A stretch of 64,000 bases of DNA from Eledone cirrhosa (GCA_964016885.1 OZ024745.1:65782001-65846000), one strand, 5' to 3'. Counted from the stretch's first letter, positions 26,762-41,625 are shown. The notes: generated by a model not told the origin, from the sequence alone. Numbers and translations are program-made.

Positions 26762-27252
26762 TTGACTGTGAGAGATTGACGAGAAAGAGAACGAGGAAAA
26801 AGAAATGTGATTTACTATGCACTTATTATGTCATACCTTTGTAGAAGAGGTTGATAGTGATCTACTAACTTGTGTTATTGTTATTTTGTAGCCGAATCCA
26901 CCCAAACAACTAGACAACACCCACGTCTCTTTCTTTTATTTTCAGTTTTTTATTCATCTAATCACTCCAGCATGCGAAGGCGTATATGAGATGAAATTTA
27001 TCAATCAAAATAAGGTACATTATCCATATAGTAATCTGTATTCTGGTATCTGTCTTCTCTGAGGTAGACACGATACAATGTAATTATGCGTGACATATGC
27101 TGTTAATTTCCCCACCGCTTCACCTGTCACTCTCTAATCGACAGTTATGTTCTTTATGTCTTATCGTGAGGTCTTTTCTGCTCATAACTTTGAAATTGGT
27201 ACTTGTAATGCCCAAACCTTAATCTAAAACGGATATAGAATTGTTACTTTAC

Positions 27253-27510
27253 TCACGTTTTATAATGATAACAGAATCGATAGTAACAACTGGAGTGTGT
27301 CTCATGGCAAAACCAGAAAGGCATGTAGTTTTCACGGCAAAGGTTTCGTATCTTGAAACAGTTATTACAATTGTAATTTTGTTTGTTGTGTCGGTTAGTT
27401 GGATACGGTATATTATTGCTGGAGCTGCTATAGTAAGCAGTGCAGTCTTGGATAAAAACAAAACCGACCAATATCGTTATTATTAAAGTCTTCATCATAT
27501 CTGCGCACAT
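27253..27510 (-). CDS. Putative small secreted cysteine-rich peptide (host gene exon)
   Basis: Polypyrimidine/AG acceptor (ttgatttttcag) at ~27523; signal-peptide-like MMKTLIITILVGFVFIQDCTA; mature region with C-x2-C-x6-C-x9-C-x6-C-x4-C; the end AC|GTGAGT may be a stop or a splice donor. Confidence 0.65.
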   Translation of the reverse strand: MCADMMKTLIITILVGFVFIQDCTAYYSSSSNNIPYPTNRHNKQNYNCNNCFKIRNLCRENYMPFWFCHETHSSCYYRFCYHYKT

Positions 27511-28204
27511 TTATTGTTTCACCTGAAAAATCAACAAAGAATGGGAAAAAAAAGAGGTTTTAATACATTTATAGCGTTAATAAATCGGAATCACATATAT
27601 AAGAAATACGATTAAATGTGAAGATTCCTTTCTCTTTATTTTGTGTACACATTACAGTGTATAGGATCGACTTTGGCATTTATCTCGCTTTCAGCAACAA
27701 TATATGTACACATAATATTAAATGGATTAAATTTAACTCCCTTTTCATTCCCAAAACATCAACTTTGACTTTCATCTAAGTGGTGTTGAAAAAGAAAGTA
27801 AAAGGTGAGTAGTGGGATCAGTCTAACTGAGTGGGTGTATCCATCAATTGAGAAATAAAAATATTCAGAAAGTGTGGCAGCAGCATTGAATTTCATTTCA
27901 GTATTTAGGGATCTTCAACCAATTCGACAAAGAGGGGACTGTCTTAGCTGAAATGACTTTCTGTATAGCTGACATTGGCGTAAACAACTTTCTGTCAGCA
28001 GTGTGATGTTCACAAATATCTCCCTAAATATTTTTGATAGATATTTCATTTTATTTTATTTATCTATTTTTTTTCAAAAAACTATTTCGAAATTATTTTA
28101 ATGTTTTCTTTATGATGAACTGGAATTTGCTCATATACTTGTTTATTCATACCTTACATGAGTTTTTACTTAAATCTATATAACGGATGGAAAAATATAT
28201 GTTT

Positions 28205-28590
28205 CGGTTGTAAAGACCTGATCCACTATGGCCCTTGCCAAACACTTCTTCCATCGGGTCCTGTCAGATGCAACCGCCTCCAATTGATCCAACTGGATGC
28301 CAAACGAGACAAGCCAAGCTCATAGATGTTATGAAACTATCTTGCTCGGGGTCTGTCCCTGGGTCTCCTGTTGGTTGGTTTTGCCCGTAAAATCTGTTGA
28401 ATGATTATTTCCTGTGACATTCCACATTTATGCCCGTAATGTCGAAGGTATGATCTCTCAATTCGGAGAACTAGCGGCTCTTCCTAGAGTAACAATTTGA
28501 TTTCCGTGCTACGCACTCTATCGAGTAAAGTTACTCCAAAGACTCTTCGGAATAACCCCATTTCGACCACTTGTATTCTGCTCATATGTA
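28205..28590 (-). mobile_element. Degenerate RTE/RTEX-like LINE 3' fragment
   Basis: Minus strand gives RRPRDRPRAR..., VASDRTRWKKCL, typical of RTE C-termini. Confidence 0.55.
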
Positions 28591-28975
28591 GAGTTTACTG
28601 CGCAGGTAAGGAAGTCTGCGAAGGGCACTCTACATGTGGACAGAGTTTGGATTCAAATATAAACATATAATTTTCTCTCAAATGTAGCCCCTCGGAAGTG
28701 TAATATTCATTTTATACAAAGATATATTAATGCTTCTCATGATATCTAATCTTGCATATTCTTAACCTAGAGGGGGAGTATTCAAGTCACATTAATGACC
28801 ATTTGTGTAATTTATATATTTCAAAATATTTCGCCGTAGGTATCCCATATATTTAATTTGTATATTTGAATTATTCACTACGTGATAGAAGACAGGATGT
28901 GGCCATACATACACACATTCATGCATACATACATAAATACATACATGCATACATACATGCATACATCATACATAA

Positions 28976-29045
<70 letters not shown>

Positions 29046-29498
29046 ATGTATTTATGCGTGTATGTATGTGTATGTATGTGTATGTATGTATGTAAGTATT
29101 TTGTATTTGTGTATGATGTATGCATGTATGTATGTATGTATCTCTCTCTCTCTATATATAGTGAATTCATAAAATATTTATTTAGCAATGTATTCATTAG
29201 TTCATAAGTTTTAAAATGAATTATATTCTAATTTAATTAATTTAATATAAATAAAACCGTTCTTTTAGTGGGAGAATATTGTTGGTTGTCGTATACTGGC
29301 CGATCATTCGTATCCAAGGATACTGAGAATTCAGTTTTCGATTATAATTTATTATTAGTTTTACATTAATTTAATTTAACTGAATGTGATATATCCATTT
29401 ATACGTAGGGATGTATGTATAATGAGGTGTACCGGGGAAAGATATTAAAATAAAGATTCGAAAAGGTTCGAATGACAATTAGGTTTAGTTATCGTCAA

Positions 29499-29706
<208 letters not shown>

Positions 29707-29889
29707 TTGAAGTACCCCTTACAAGTTCGGGTATTTATTCACCAGGCTAAAAATTCTAATTTAGTCCAGAAATAGCCGTCGAAACGGCTTGAGCTCTGCT
29801 GCCAGAGTAATACTTTTTCCTATTTCCCACTCTACTACCCTAAGTATTGAGTACTCTGGTCCATCTGGTTCCTTACCACATTTCCTTTG

Positions 29890-29944
<55 letters not shown>

Positions 29945-30268
29945 ATTATATATATGTATGTATGTATACATATGGTAACTGCCACTGCTTTACAGAAAGA
30001 AGCCATGTCTTAAACGAATGTGATATGGGCGGGCGAGCAATGCATCCCCCAAAAGACCATATTTCTGTTCCGGCTAACAGCGCAGCGTTAGGATGTGAAT
30101 TTGTCGAGTCTGCCGTGGGACTTATGAGGAAATATCTGTACATAAAAAAGGACACCTAGCACCCACTCCATTCCCGCAGTCATGCGTCTACAGAGAAGCC
30201 AAGGCAAGATAACAAGGCAGTTACGAGGATCCCATGTGTTATTGTCATGGAGTTTAACCTCTTCAGGT

Positions 30269-30317
<49 letters not shown>

Positions 30318-30320
<3 letters not shown>

Positions 30321-30525
30321 TCATTAAAATAACAGATTAACGTTTAAGCAAAGAATCGCTGCTTTCACCCTTAACGAAGATCCCGTTAAGGGTGAAAGCA
30401 GCGATTCTTTGCTTAAACTTTAATCTGTTATTTTAATAAATATTTGCTCTACGGTTTTATATATTTGATATATATTTATCCTTATTGAGCCCTCTTTGGA
30501 TTTTAATCTTCAAATTTATTATTAT

Positions 30526-30527
<2 letters not shown>
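30318..30527 (+). repeat. Fold-back hairpin element (~60 bp arms) with HHR-like GAAA gcagc
   Basis: ...gctttcacccttaacg aagatcc cgttaagggtgaaagc...; TA flanks. Confidence 0.8.
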
Positions 30528-30612
<85 letters not shown>

Positions 30613-30688
30613 TGTGTGTGTGTGTATATTTATATATATACATGTGTGTGTGTATTTGTATATATATATATGTGTGTGTGTGTGTGTT

Positions 30689-30723
<35 letters not shown>

Positions 30724-30893
30724 ATATTGTCATACTTGGGGAGGGTCATATTTGTGTAATATTGCCAGAATTAATAACAGAACACACTCTATATTACACA
30801 AATATTACCCTCCCCAAGTATAACAAAATTTGTTTCGACACACGATTTCATATCAAAAACCTCGCAAAACTATATATATATATATATATATAT

Positions 30894-33800
30894 AATTCAA
30901 GAAAGAAGATTGACATGGTTCGCTATACAATAAGGGCTTTATTCACATTGCTGACAATTGTCTCTTTGATCTGGCAGGTCTAGAGTTCGCTATACGCCTC
31001 ATTACGCGCCAATCGATCTCCAATATTTTGTTTATAACCAGTCTTTTTCACCGGAGCGTGTGAAATGAAGAAAATACATAATTTCATTCGACGTGAACTA
31101 CACAAAAAATACAAAAAAAAACAAAAAAACAAATGAATCTACACTCACTAGCATTAATAAGAAAGGTCTTAACAGAGTAAAAAAAAAATCGAAATATCCG
31201 ACAGAACCGAACCTCTGACCCCATGCAACCCCACATTTAACCTTAAGGATCACAAAAATAATTTCGAAACAAACCCTACTATTAGATTAATATGCCCATC
31301 CAAGTCGGATATAGGTAAAATTAGAAAGAATATTCTAGATAGAGTAATTGCACAAATTAAAGGGAAACTAGAAATCAATTTATGGGGTTATACTAATGAA
31401 GCAATTGAATGGTTCAATAGAATAGGAAATAGGGAAGAATGCAACTTCATACAATTTGACATAAATGATTACTACGCATCCATATCCCCAGTCACCCTAG
31501 ATAAAGCACTAATATTTGCCCAAAATAACTCGGACCTTACCCCAGAAGAAATTAAAATAATACTAGCTGCTAGAAGGACTATCATAAAATTTGAAAATAG
31601 CTACTGGGAAAGAAAAAACAGGATGAACAGTTACGACATCACAATGAGATCGAACGATTCAGCGCAAATAACAGATATTGTTGGGATATTTATAGTATAC
31701 AACCTACATAAGGAATTTAATAACCTCCAAGGAGGAATTATTAGAGATGACACGCTCCTTATAGCTAGGAACTTAAATAACCAGAGCATGGAAAGATTAA
31801 GAAAAAACATTAGAACATTCTTCAAAAAACTAGGCCTAGATATTACCTACGAAGTGAACTCTAAAAAGGAAAACTTTCTAGACGTAACTCTAAACCCAAG
31901 CACGGGATTAATAGAACCCTTCCACAAAAATAATGAGAATCTAGCCTACATTAGTTATAACTAAAACCACCCCCGATCCATAATTAAAATCCATAGCACG
32001 AAGTATATCCCTTAGAATATCCCGCTTATCCTCAAACCAAGAAATGTTTAAAGAACATGCTGACTGTTATAACGCAGCATTACGTAGGGCTGGACACAAA
32101 GAAAAGCTGCAGTTTATAACGGATAAGGACAACACAAACAAACCCATTAACACCGATATCAACGGCTCATACAAAAATAGAGGTAACTGGACTAGACATA
32201 AAACTAGGCAAATAGAACCTAGAGTAAGAGGACCGAACACGAATAATGTAAACCCAAGAAACTATAGAAAAACTAGAGAAAGAAAATACCTTTGGTTTAA
32301 TCCAATCTTAAACTCCACTATAAGAACTAAACTGCCTTCTACGTTCTTTAAACTAATAGATAAGCACTTCCCTATATCGCATAGATATCATAAAATCTTC
32401 AATAGAAAAACTATAAAACTCTCATGCTGTACTGCTGCAAACATTGAATCGCATATACGCAAGATCAACCACAAGTATACCTCTAGGAAAGATATCCCAC
32501 CCATACGCAACATAGCACCAAACACAAAACACAAACACACATGAACACACTGCAGCAACACTTCAATAGGCATAAATCACAATCCACATACAATAGCTTA
32601 CAAAACCGCAATGTGAAAGCTGCACAGAGTAATATCCCGAACTGCAACTGTCACCTACCGGATAAGTGCCCACTAGCGAATAGGTGCCTTGATTCGGGCC
32701 TAGTGTACATGTGTACTATAAACTCGGGCAATTCCACTTGGCACTACATTGGATCCACCGCGGGTACTTTAAAAAAAAGATGGTATGTGCACAGACATTC
32801 AATGAAGAACCGTGCACTGATAAATTCTACAACCCTCGCCAATAAAATCTGGCAACTTAAGGACAAAAACCTTGATTATAATATTAGCTGGTCGAAATTG
32901 GCGACCGCAAAGACATATAGCAACGGTATGTCCTACTGCGGGCTCTGCAACCTTGAATTGCTGCATAAGGAACGATAAAATGCTACTCAACAGCAAAATA
33001 TAAAGGTCAATTTTCTGCAGACATAGGATTGCTACAAAATTCGCGAGACTTAAACCATCGTGTTTCGAACCAATACCACTTAGCTTTTAACATATGAAAT
33101 CCGCCTTCTCACACAGCGCAATACGGAACTATAATCTTCTAGAAATACCTTATAGCCTCCCTAATTCTATCCCACTGGAAGATGTCTACAACTATCTTAT
33201 CAGCCCATAAATCAATCCTAGCTTCGCTGTTACCCACTACTTCGGACCAAGGATTTATATCTCTCATTAGCACTCACGATCTCTAACAGATGAACCTGAT
33301 TCTAAGTACATTATCTTATTACTCCTACACCCCTTGAAATCTCACTTTCCTCTTATTATTCTTCTTCTTATTATTATTATTATGAACATCTCAATATAGC
33401 CCTAATATTATTCATCATGTTCTATATACCTACCATGCACATTTTACCTCTTTACTACCTTCTGTTATTTATACACGATTTGTTATTGATGCTGTGAAAA
33501 CTAAACCCCCACGATTCGAACTAACAATCCCTACCTTTAGTATAGGCCACTTAAATAACGAATCTACAACTCTATTTAGCACCACATAAAAACTATCATC
33601 ATCACTAAATTAATCAAACGAAAATGTTTATCTGTCAAATAATAAGAAAATAAAAAGTAAATCTCCGGTTTATTGCTAGAATACCTACAGCACAGTGGAT
33701 ATCTCATACATTCTGTCTCCAAGTACATCTTAGTGGTTACTGTCATCTAATCGCTACCCTATCACTATATCTAATGTACCCTATAGCAGTTTTCACATGT

Positions 33801-34161
33801 CAATTCCATACATCTGTATCATAACAGTCTGTTTAACATGCTAGACTCTCAATTATACTCTATCTCTTACTTATATTGATGTTATTATTTTAATTGTCGG
33901 CTATCTAGTTATTTTATTTTATCATTGATATTATTGTTCTGGTTTAATACCACACTTATATAAAAACCATGCCTTATGTATTTTCTTCATTTCACCCGCT
34001 CCGATTGTTATAAACTGGTTATAAACAAATATTGGAGTACGATTGGCGCATAATCAGGCGTATAGCGAACTCTAGACCTGCCAGATCAAAGAAACAATTG
34101 TCAACAATGTGAATAAAGCCCTTATTGTATAGCGAACCATGTCAATCTTCTTTCTTGAATT
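30894..34161 (+). mobile_element. Penelope-like element (RT + GIY-YIG, disrupted) with ~185 bp inverted terminal repeats
   Basis: RLICPSKSDIG, QFDINDYYASI, YDITMRSNDSAQITD, IIRDD, NFLDV, NHP, WFNP, CNCHLPDKCPL, VY..YIGST, CGLC; 30894-31081 mirrors 33973-34161. Confidence 0.92.
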
Positions 34162-34329
34162 ATTATTACTCCAAGTATAAAGTACATAGAAATCACCGCG
34201 AACTCGCAGCATCACTATGGAAACGTCTTGTTGAGTCAAACTAAGCCACACGTTAATACTATCCACTACAAGAACTACTCCAACTGGACTACATCTAAGT
34301 GGACTGCCATAACGATAACCTGTTATCCC

Positions 34330-34410
<81 letters not shown>

Positions 34411-34451
34411 TATATACATACATATATAAATATATATATACATATATATAA

Positions 34452-34595
<144 letters not shown>

Positions 34596-34775
34596 CAATG
34601 TGGCTAAATGAATGAATGAATAAAATAAATAATCATAAATCAGAACTATATAAAATTATAAGTTTGAAGAACAGGCAGATAAAATTTATCTAATTTCTCT
34701 CTTTAGTCCGGAGAAATTAAGTTTAAAATGTAAGTTTGAAAAAATAATAGATAAATGTTTACCAATATTCCCCTA

Positions 34776-34861
34776 GCCCCGACTGTCGACAGTTTCGCTT
34801 GTACTAGGTGGATATGTGTAATTGCTACATTATCCATGAGGCTTCAAGCTTATAAAGGGAC
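34776..34861 (-). ncRNA. HHR-like motif with U3-A8 core and G5 mutation
   Basis: Minus strand: gtccc TTTATAA gcttg...caagc GAAA ctgtcgacag TC ggggc. Confidence 0.5.
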
Positions 34862-35063
34862 TCCGCCATTAGGACCGATTTTTTTCCAAAGTGATCGGTG
34901 CCAGTAACAAATTCGAAAGGGGTGAAAACTATCACATGGCTAGCTGTCAAGCTAGAAGTGTTGTGAAGGGTAGACTGGTGGCCAGTAAGTTCATTGCTAG
35001 AAGAAGCAGTTGGTTACCGCCTAATGTTGAAACGTCCGGAGCTCAGCCGTCGGAGTCCTGATT

Positions 35064-35196
<133 letters not shown>

Positions 35197-35341
35197 CGCG
35201 TGTGTGTGTGAGTGCGTGTGTGAGTGCGTGTGTGTATAAGCATAGACTACAAATGGAAATATTTTCCTCTTTTTTGGGATAATCCAATTTACATTCTTTA
35301 ATGTAGTTGTGTATGTGTGTGTGCATGTATGTGTGTGTGCA

Positions 35342-35376
<35 letters not shown>

Positions 35377-35714
35377 TTGTGTGTGTGTTCATCAATCTTG
35401 TCTGACAGTTGACCGGGTCCGTGTGTGAAATCTAAAACATATAATCACTTCTGTTGTGTCACTAAGTTATCTACGTCGAAAGTCTTTACCAAACGTTAAT
35501 AGAACTAACTGTTTTTCTCCAAATTTTTATTAGATCATATTTCTAATGATCTAATTGACATTTAAATTGTTTTAGTTAGTGAAAGGCGTATAAAATGATT
35601 ATATTAATTTATTCCACATTTATTCTTGGTTCTGTATTATTTTAAACAAAGTACATACATACATACATACATACATACATACATACATACATACATACAT
35701 ACATACATACATAC

Positions 35715-36310
35715 ATGATGGCTGCCAATTCGTTTTCGAGTACGGCCACTACTTTATATCCATGTAGGAGAACCCCCACCGATGCGCTGAACGAGTGTGA
35801 TTTCTTAGTCCAGCCAGCGACTTGAAAACTCTGGTACAAACACTACACTTGTGATAATTATTGACACATAGTGCTGGGCCCATGGTACCATGTGACGACA
35901 AGTGCAGAGAGATCTCCAGATATAAAGCGATGCCTGTGCCGTGAAGCTTTTATAGTGAGCAAAGGCACTGCACAAAGCCAGTCCCACTCTCTTAACCAAG
36001 ATGATATTTACCAAAAAGAAGATCAAGTCAACATCATTGGATACCATCAGAGTTGCAGGTGTTATATCAGAGTGTTCCTTCTCCTAGAATTCTGCCCTGA
36101 CAAAGGCTAAGGGGTCATCTCTCCCGGTGATTTTGGATGGCCATTGACTCTTAAGAGCTCCTTTGCCCTTTGACACGTTTTGTTTTTATTCCTGCAAGAT
36201 GTCCAAAGTCACCCTCCTCACCAAGAAACCTTGGTGGGGTTGCCAGTTTAGTCGCCAACGACCCGACCATGAGTCAGGTTGTAATGGGATACATGTTACC
36301 AGTAGCACCA
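35715..36310 (-). mobile_element. Internally deleted RTE-clade element (5'UTR joined to 3' end), flanked by (ACAT)n
   Basis: 3' part encodes the C2H2 finger CSVCTRVFKSLAGLRNHTRSAH; 5' part has RTE-type UTR CTAGGAGAAGGAACACTCTGA; matching 3' terminus also at 58816-58856. Confidence 0.7.
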
Positions 36311-36727
36311 ATACATACATACATACATACATAGGAGTTTACAAATCCAGTATCCAAGATACACCTTTAGCTTCATATCCATCATTATTGGAGCTACGGG
36401 TTATATACCAACCAGCTTGGACCAAAGTATGACTGAACTTGGATTTGCGAACAAAGAGCGCAGCTCCCTAATTCATAGTCTACAAATGGCTGCGATAGCT
36501 GGCACCTTCAATATTTACAAAACATTCTTGCGATTCAAGGGATGACAATTTCTTTTCTTTTACAACCTTGCCACCAGGAAGGTGGCCGGTCAAAAAAATA
36601 TACTCGAAATTAAGAGAAAGAGATTACACATACATATGTATACATATATATATCCGTATGTAATTGGCAGCTAAGAGAAAATGGTACTCAATACCGAAGT
36701 AGAGTTTTAATATTCATGTTATTGAGA

Positions 36728-36830
36728 CTAAATAGGGAGTCCTCGTTGCTCTGGAGTTTCGCCTGTTTAGTAAAGAAGACACACCGGCAAAACTCCAGTG
36801 TAACAGCATTCACTATTTAGCCTTGATAAA
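36728..36830. repeat. Degenerate fold-back hairpin with HHR-like 3' half
   Basis: ctaaatag...ctggagtttcgcc versus ggcaaaactccag...ctatttag. Confidence 0.55.
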
Positions 36831-36882
36831 ATTATATATATATATATACATGTACACACACACACACACAAATAGACACACA

Positions 36883-36973
<91 letters not shown>

Positions 36974-36998
36974 GCACGCACGCACACACACACACGCA

Positions 36999-37112
<114 letters not shown>

Positions 37113-37971
37113 TACACACACACATATATATATATATGAAACTTTGCGAACATTGAATTGCACAAATTCTTTCAAATAATACATGAAACGTTTGTCGCAT
37201 GTCTCTTTACAATTTTTATCTATAAGATATTTCTCCAAGAATTATAGAACTTAAGTTGAATCTTGGATTTTATGTTTCAAATATCGACATTCGTTTGAAG
37301 TTGTTGAAATATATATGAGCTGCTTTTCCGATTTCTGTGCGCAATGTATAATATTGAAACAATTACCAAATGATGTACATGATATAATATCAGATAAAAT
37401 ACTTATATACAACATATATTTCCTCATAAGTGTTTTGGTGAAATCCCAGAATACGTTAATTATTCGACTGTCATAATTATACTCAACATGACTTAATTTA
37501 GATGATGCTAACAGGTAGATATAATACCTCAATTCTTTGCAATAAATGTCATTAGTATCTTGCCTCCAGTTTATGATGCAAGGAAAAAAAACGAATAAAT
37601 ACTTTTTATAATAGACTTTCGAAACACGTTATCAAATTTATAAATAGATCTCATTTTATGATTTTTATCGCCCGTAGTGGCATTATATGTGATAATATTT
37701 TGGAAATACAATGATATTATCAACAATAGCACTGACTGCGCTTTTTCTTTCATTTTCATTTTTTTTTTGTAAATTTAAAAGCGTGTCGCAAGGGGAATGT
37801 ATAGGACGTAACTAGAAATAAAACTTCGGAGACTGATGAGTCATTTTGGACGTTACTTTTACACATTCTATTCAAATATTGTTGACAATATTGTCTAGAA
37901 AATTCCAGAGATCTATCGTGTTGTTATTATGATTATGAACAATAACAACACGATAGATCTCTGGAATTTTC

Positions 37972-38160
37972 TAGGGTGGATTGGCAGTATCGGTAGAAGG
38001 TCGGAGGCCATGCTTTCCAGCATAGTTACGTCCCTTTACGATCTGAGTTCAAATCCCGCCGAGGTTTACTTTGCCTTTCATCCTTACGGGGTCGATAAAA
38101 TAAAGTACCAGTAATGTACTGGGATAATTGCTGGCCTTGTGCCAAAAGTAGAAACAATTA
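37972..38160 (+). mobile_element. tRNA-derived SINE
   Basis: Full A box, B box, body and tail; flanking ATTATGATTATGAACAATAACAA occurs at ~37927 and ~38157 (possible TSD). Confidence 0.92.
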
Positions 38161-38401
38161 TGATTATGAACAATAACAATTACTAAGAGGGTATAAAGCG
38201 CTTCATTTTAACATTTTTTTAATTGTAATATTTTATCATTTCGGTGGTTTCTGTAATTGGATTTTGTTCATTTAAAGACACTGTCTTCAACGCTCTACTT
38301 GATCACAAATATTTCGATTCTTGTTTCAAGTGGGAACTTTATGAATCGATGTCAATTTGTCGATTCAAAAAAACAAAACTCATTTTTACTGAGACACATA
38401 C

Positions 38402-38461
<60 letters not shown>

Positions 38462-41095
38462 GTGTGTGTATACATATATATATATATATAATTGCACACA
38501 CACACACATATACATATATATTCGAGTGTGTATATGTGTGTTTATGTGTGGGTGTGCTGTGTGTGTGTATTTGTCCGTTATGTATGTGTCATAATTTTTG
38601 AAATATACTATATTTTACATGAACCTAGGATAAGAACGAAAAAATTGTATACGGAAAGAAGTTAAGCATTCTTTCCAATAAATTAATTAGTCATACTCAT
38701 ATGAATCATAAAATTCATTAGTGATGCAAAATAATTGGTTACAATGCGTATGTCTTCATTAATATTGTCACCATAAACAAATGTATCAATGTAATGATGA
38801 TGCAGTTATTTCCTAATGATAATTAAATATAATTGTCATTATCAAACGGTGTTAACAATATCACTAATGAAAATAATATCAAATATAACCCTGTGTAAAA
38901 TAAAAGAGTAGACTTAATGGAACAAGAAGACATATATATATAACTTACTTGTTTGTATCCTTGCGTAAATCCTCTCTTGTGAATCGACTTTTAACACTTA
39001 GTGGCTAAGAATGCTGAGGGTGCAAGCTTCAGTCAATTTGTTGTATACCACAAGATACTAATATTATTAATGTTGTTAAATCGAGGAAGATATTTCTGAG
39101 GCGGTAGAAGATTCTGTTGTTATTCTTCACGTGATTCAATTTGTACCGGATTATTGGATAGCCCTATCAATGCTGTCAGTAAAAGAAGCGTAAATCAGAA
39201 AATGAAACAAAACAAAAGCAAAAAAGAAAAGTAGAAAGAAGGCAGGAAATATTAAGCAGCCTATATATATATCGCATCAATGAGATTCTAATTGGCTTCT
39301 CTCCGCCTCTTTTTAAAGCAATAGTGTTTCTTGGCACCGATTTCTATTACTCACATGACATTTAGAAGTTTGTCGAACTTTCGTTTTGTTGAGTTCACGT
39401 GAATTTGCATTTTGCAAAAAAAAAAAAAGAAAACTTCTGTCATTTACTAACAGTTGCATAGTGTTGCATTTTAAATATTTTTATCTGTGTCAAATATTTG
39501 CATACAAAAAATATTTAGGTGTTGTATTATTTGACTTTTTATTTTTTTTATGTCAGAATTTTTATGCAGCGTCCTTAGTTTTTTCTTTCTTTTTTCATGG
39601 GATTTATAAGTTAATGTTAGAAATATAACATGACATATGGTTTGGTCCTGTAGTATCAATATATCGAGATATATGAAGACTGGAAATCTTATCCCAATTC
39701 TTGGTATTGGCTCCATCAAGCATATTAGTAGTAAATTAGGTGAAGGATTATATCGGTTATATACGAAATGTTCTGGTCTTTGTTTTCGTAGCATCTATGG
39801 GTTCTACATATATATTTGTGCATACGCAGATCCTTAGTTCAAATTCAGTCATGGCCTATTTATTTTCTCCTTTCTTTCAAGTGAACATGATAATCCATGC
39901 TAGAACTTATTTATGACATCCTAAATCGATTTCATTGACCATATTTCCGTGATCGTAATTGTTATTTAGAACATTGCTGAGGCCCAACGAATAAAAAGAA
40001 AAACCGATAAAATAATTTCAACGAAAACACTATCTGCCTCCTATTTGACAATCTTCACTTTCTGAATTTTATTTAATTTAAATGTAATATTTATGTGATT
40101 TGACGAGGGTCAATTTCATATAAGTGAAAAACAATTATAAACATTATGAAAATATTACTTCTTATGTCTGGAAAATTGAAAAAGCAGAAAATTAGAAAAA
40201 CTAGAAAATTATTTTGAAGTTGCATGATCGAAATTATGTGTTTAATTTTTACTCGAATACCTCCATCTGGCATCGTACTCATATATGATATTATGCACAC
40301 AGAAACTACGTTACATACAAATGTGTGAAAATAATATGTTGAATTGATGGAATCCAGTTTCGGACACTGCATGTCGCAGTGATGTTACAATTTTTATAGA
40401 AACAATTGACTGTGTTTGTGTCATGACCATAATCTCTTTTGCAGAACTTATAGTTTCCGAATATCACAATCTGAAGAACATTTTCGCACTACTTTTCTCT
40501 ATGAGAAACATCAAAGTCTAATTGTAGTATTTGTAATCAGAATTAAAAGCAAATTAGTCCGTAGGCTAAATTTTATGTGATATTTCGATTTTAATTCGAA
40601 ACCTTCCAAAATAGATTTTCAAGAAAATGAATTGATGAAAATTCGTGCCAGTCGGTTTATTTTGAGATATGATAATCGTATATCAAAGCAGAAACACGTT
40701 TATTCTGTCAAAGATTTGTTTTATAATCTCTTAACGTCATTGGACTCCCAAAAGTACTGAATCTAGAGTTATGAATTTCCATTTCTCTTATTTTACAGAA
40801 GAATGACTATTCAGTTTGAGGATATTTTTAGAAGACAATACTATTGATTTCATTTGATAATATATAATATATTAGATACCTGGGTAATTTCTGGAGAGTA
40901 CCTAAAAATGAATGTGACAGTTATTTGAACAACTTCTATTCAGTGGTTATAAAATAACGTGACGTAGGTAATGGGAATTGAAATAAAGAGACAGTATGTC
41001 TAAAGCTAAATACATTTAACAACTTCATCTTTAAATTATTGAGTAATAAGATCGCTCTCTCTATCTCTCTCTCCCTCTCTCTCTCACACACTCTC

Positions 41096-41177
<82 letters not shown>

Positions 41178-41180
<3 letters not shown>

Positions 41181-41340
41181 GTTTCTACTTTTGGCACAAG
41201 GCCAGCAATTAACCAGTACATTACTGGTACTTTATTTTATCGACCCCGTAAGGATGAAAGGCAAAGTTAACCTCGGCGGGATTTGAACTCAGAATGGCAA
41301 GGGCCGTAACTCTATGCGTCAAAGCATGGCGTCAGACCCT
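41178..41340 (-). mobile_element. tRNA-derived SINE (5' truncated)
   Basis: Reverse complement of body and B box. Confidence 0.88.
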
Positions 41341-41344
41341 TATA

Positions 41345-41625
41345 ACGTAAATAGAATAGAAGTCAGTTTATCTATAAATCTTATTGGCATATTACAATTC
41401 TTTCAATATCGATCAGCTCACAGTACAATCATAATGAGCGGGAGCGGGCCCAAACTATTTGAATGCATCTTTGCACATATAGATTCGCATATGGGAGGAG
41501 ATGTCGCAGAGGAGTAGATCCCTGGACATGATGATTGTACTCTGAGCTGCTCGATATTGAAACAATTGTAATATGCCAAAAAGGTTTATACACATGGTGC
41601 AACATTGACTTCGATTCTCCTTACT
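41345..41625 (+). repeat. Inverted repeat with degenerate HHR at 41487-41576
   Basis: gcatat GGGAGGA gatgtcg...cgatatt GAAA caattg TA atatgc; 41350-41435 mirrors 41528-41620. Confidence 0.65.

Noticed and set aside
34165-34330. HHR-like GAAACGTC motif after the PLE end
   Set aside because: No recognisable CUGANGA-equivalent; too degenerate to call.
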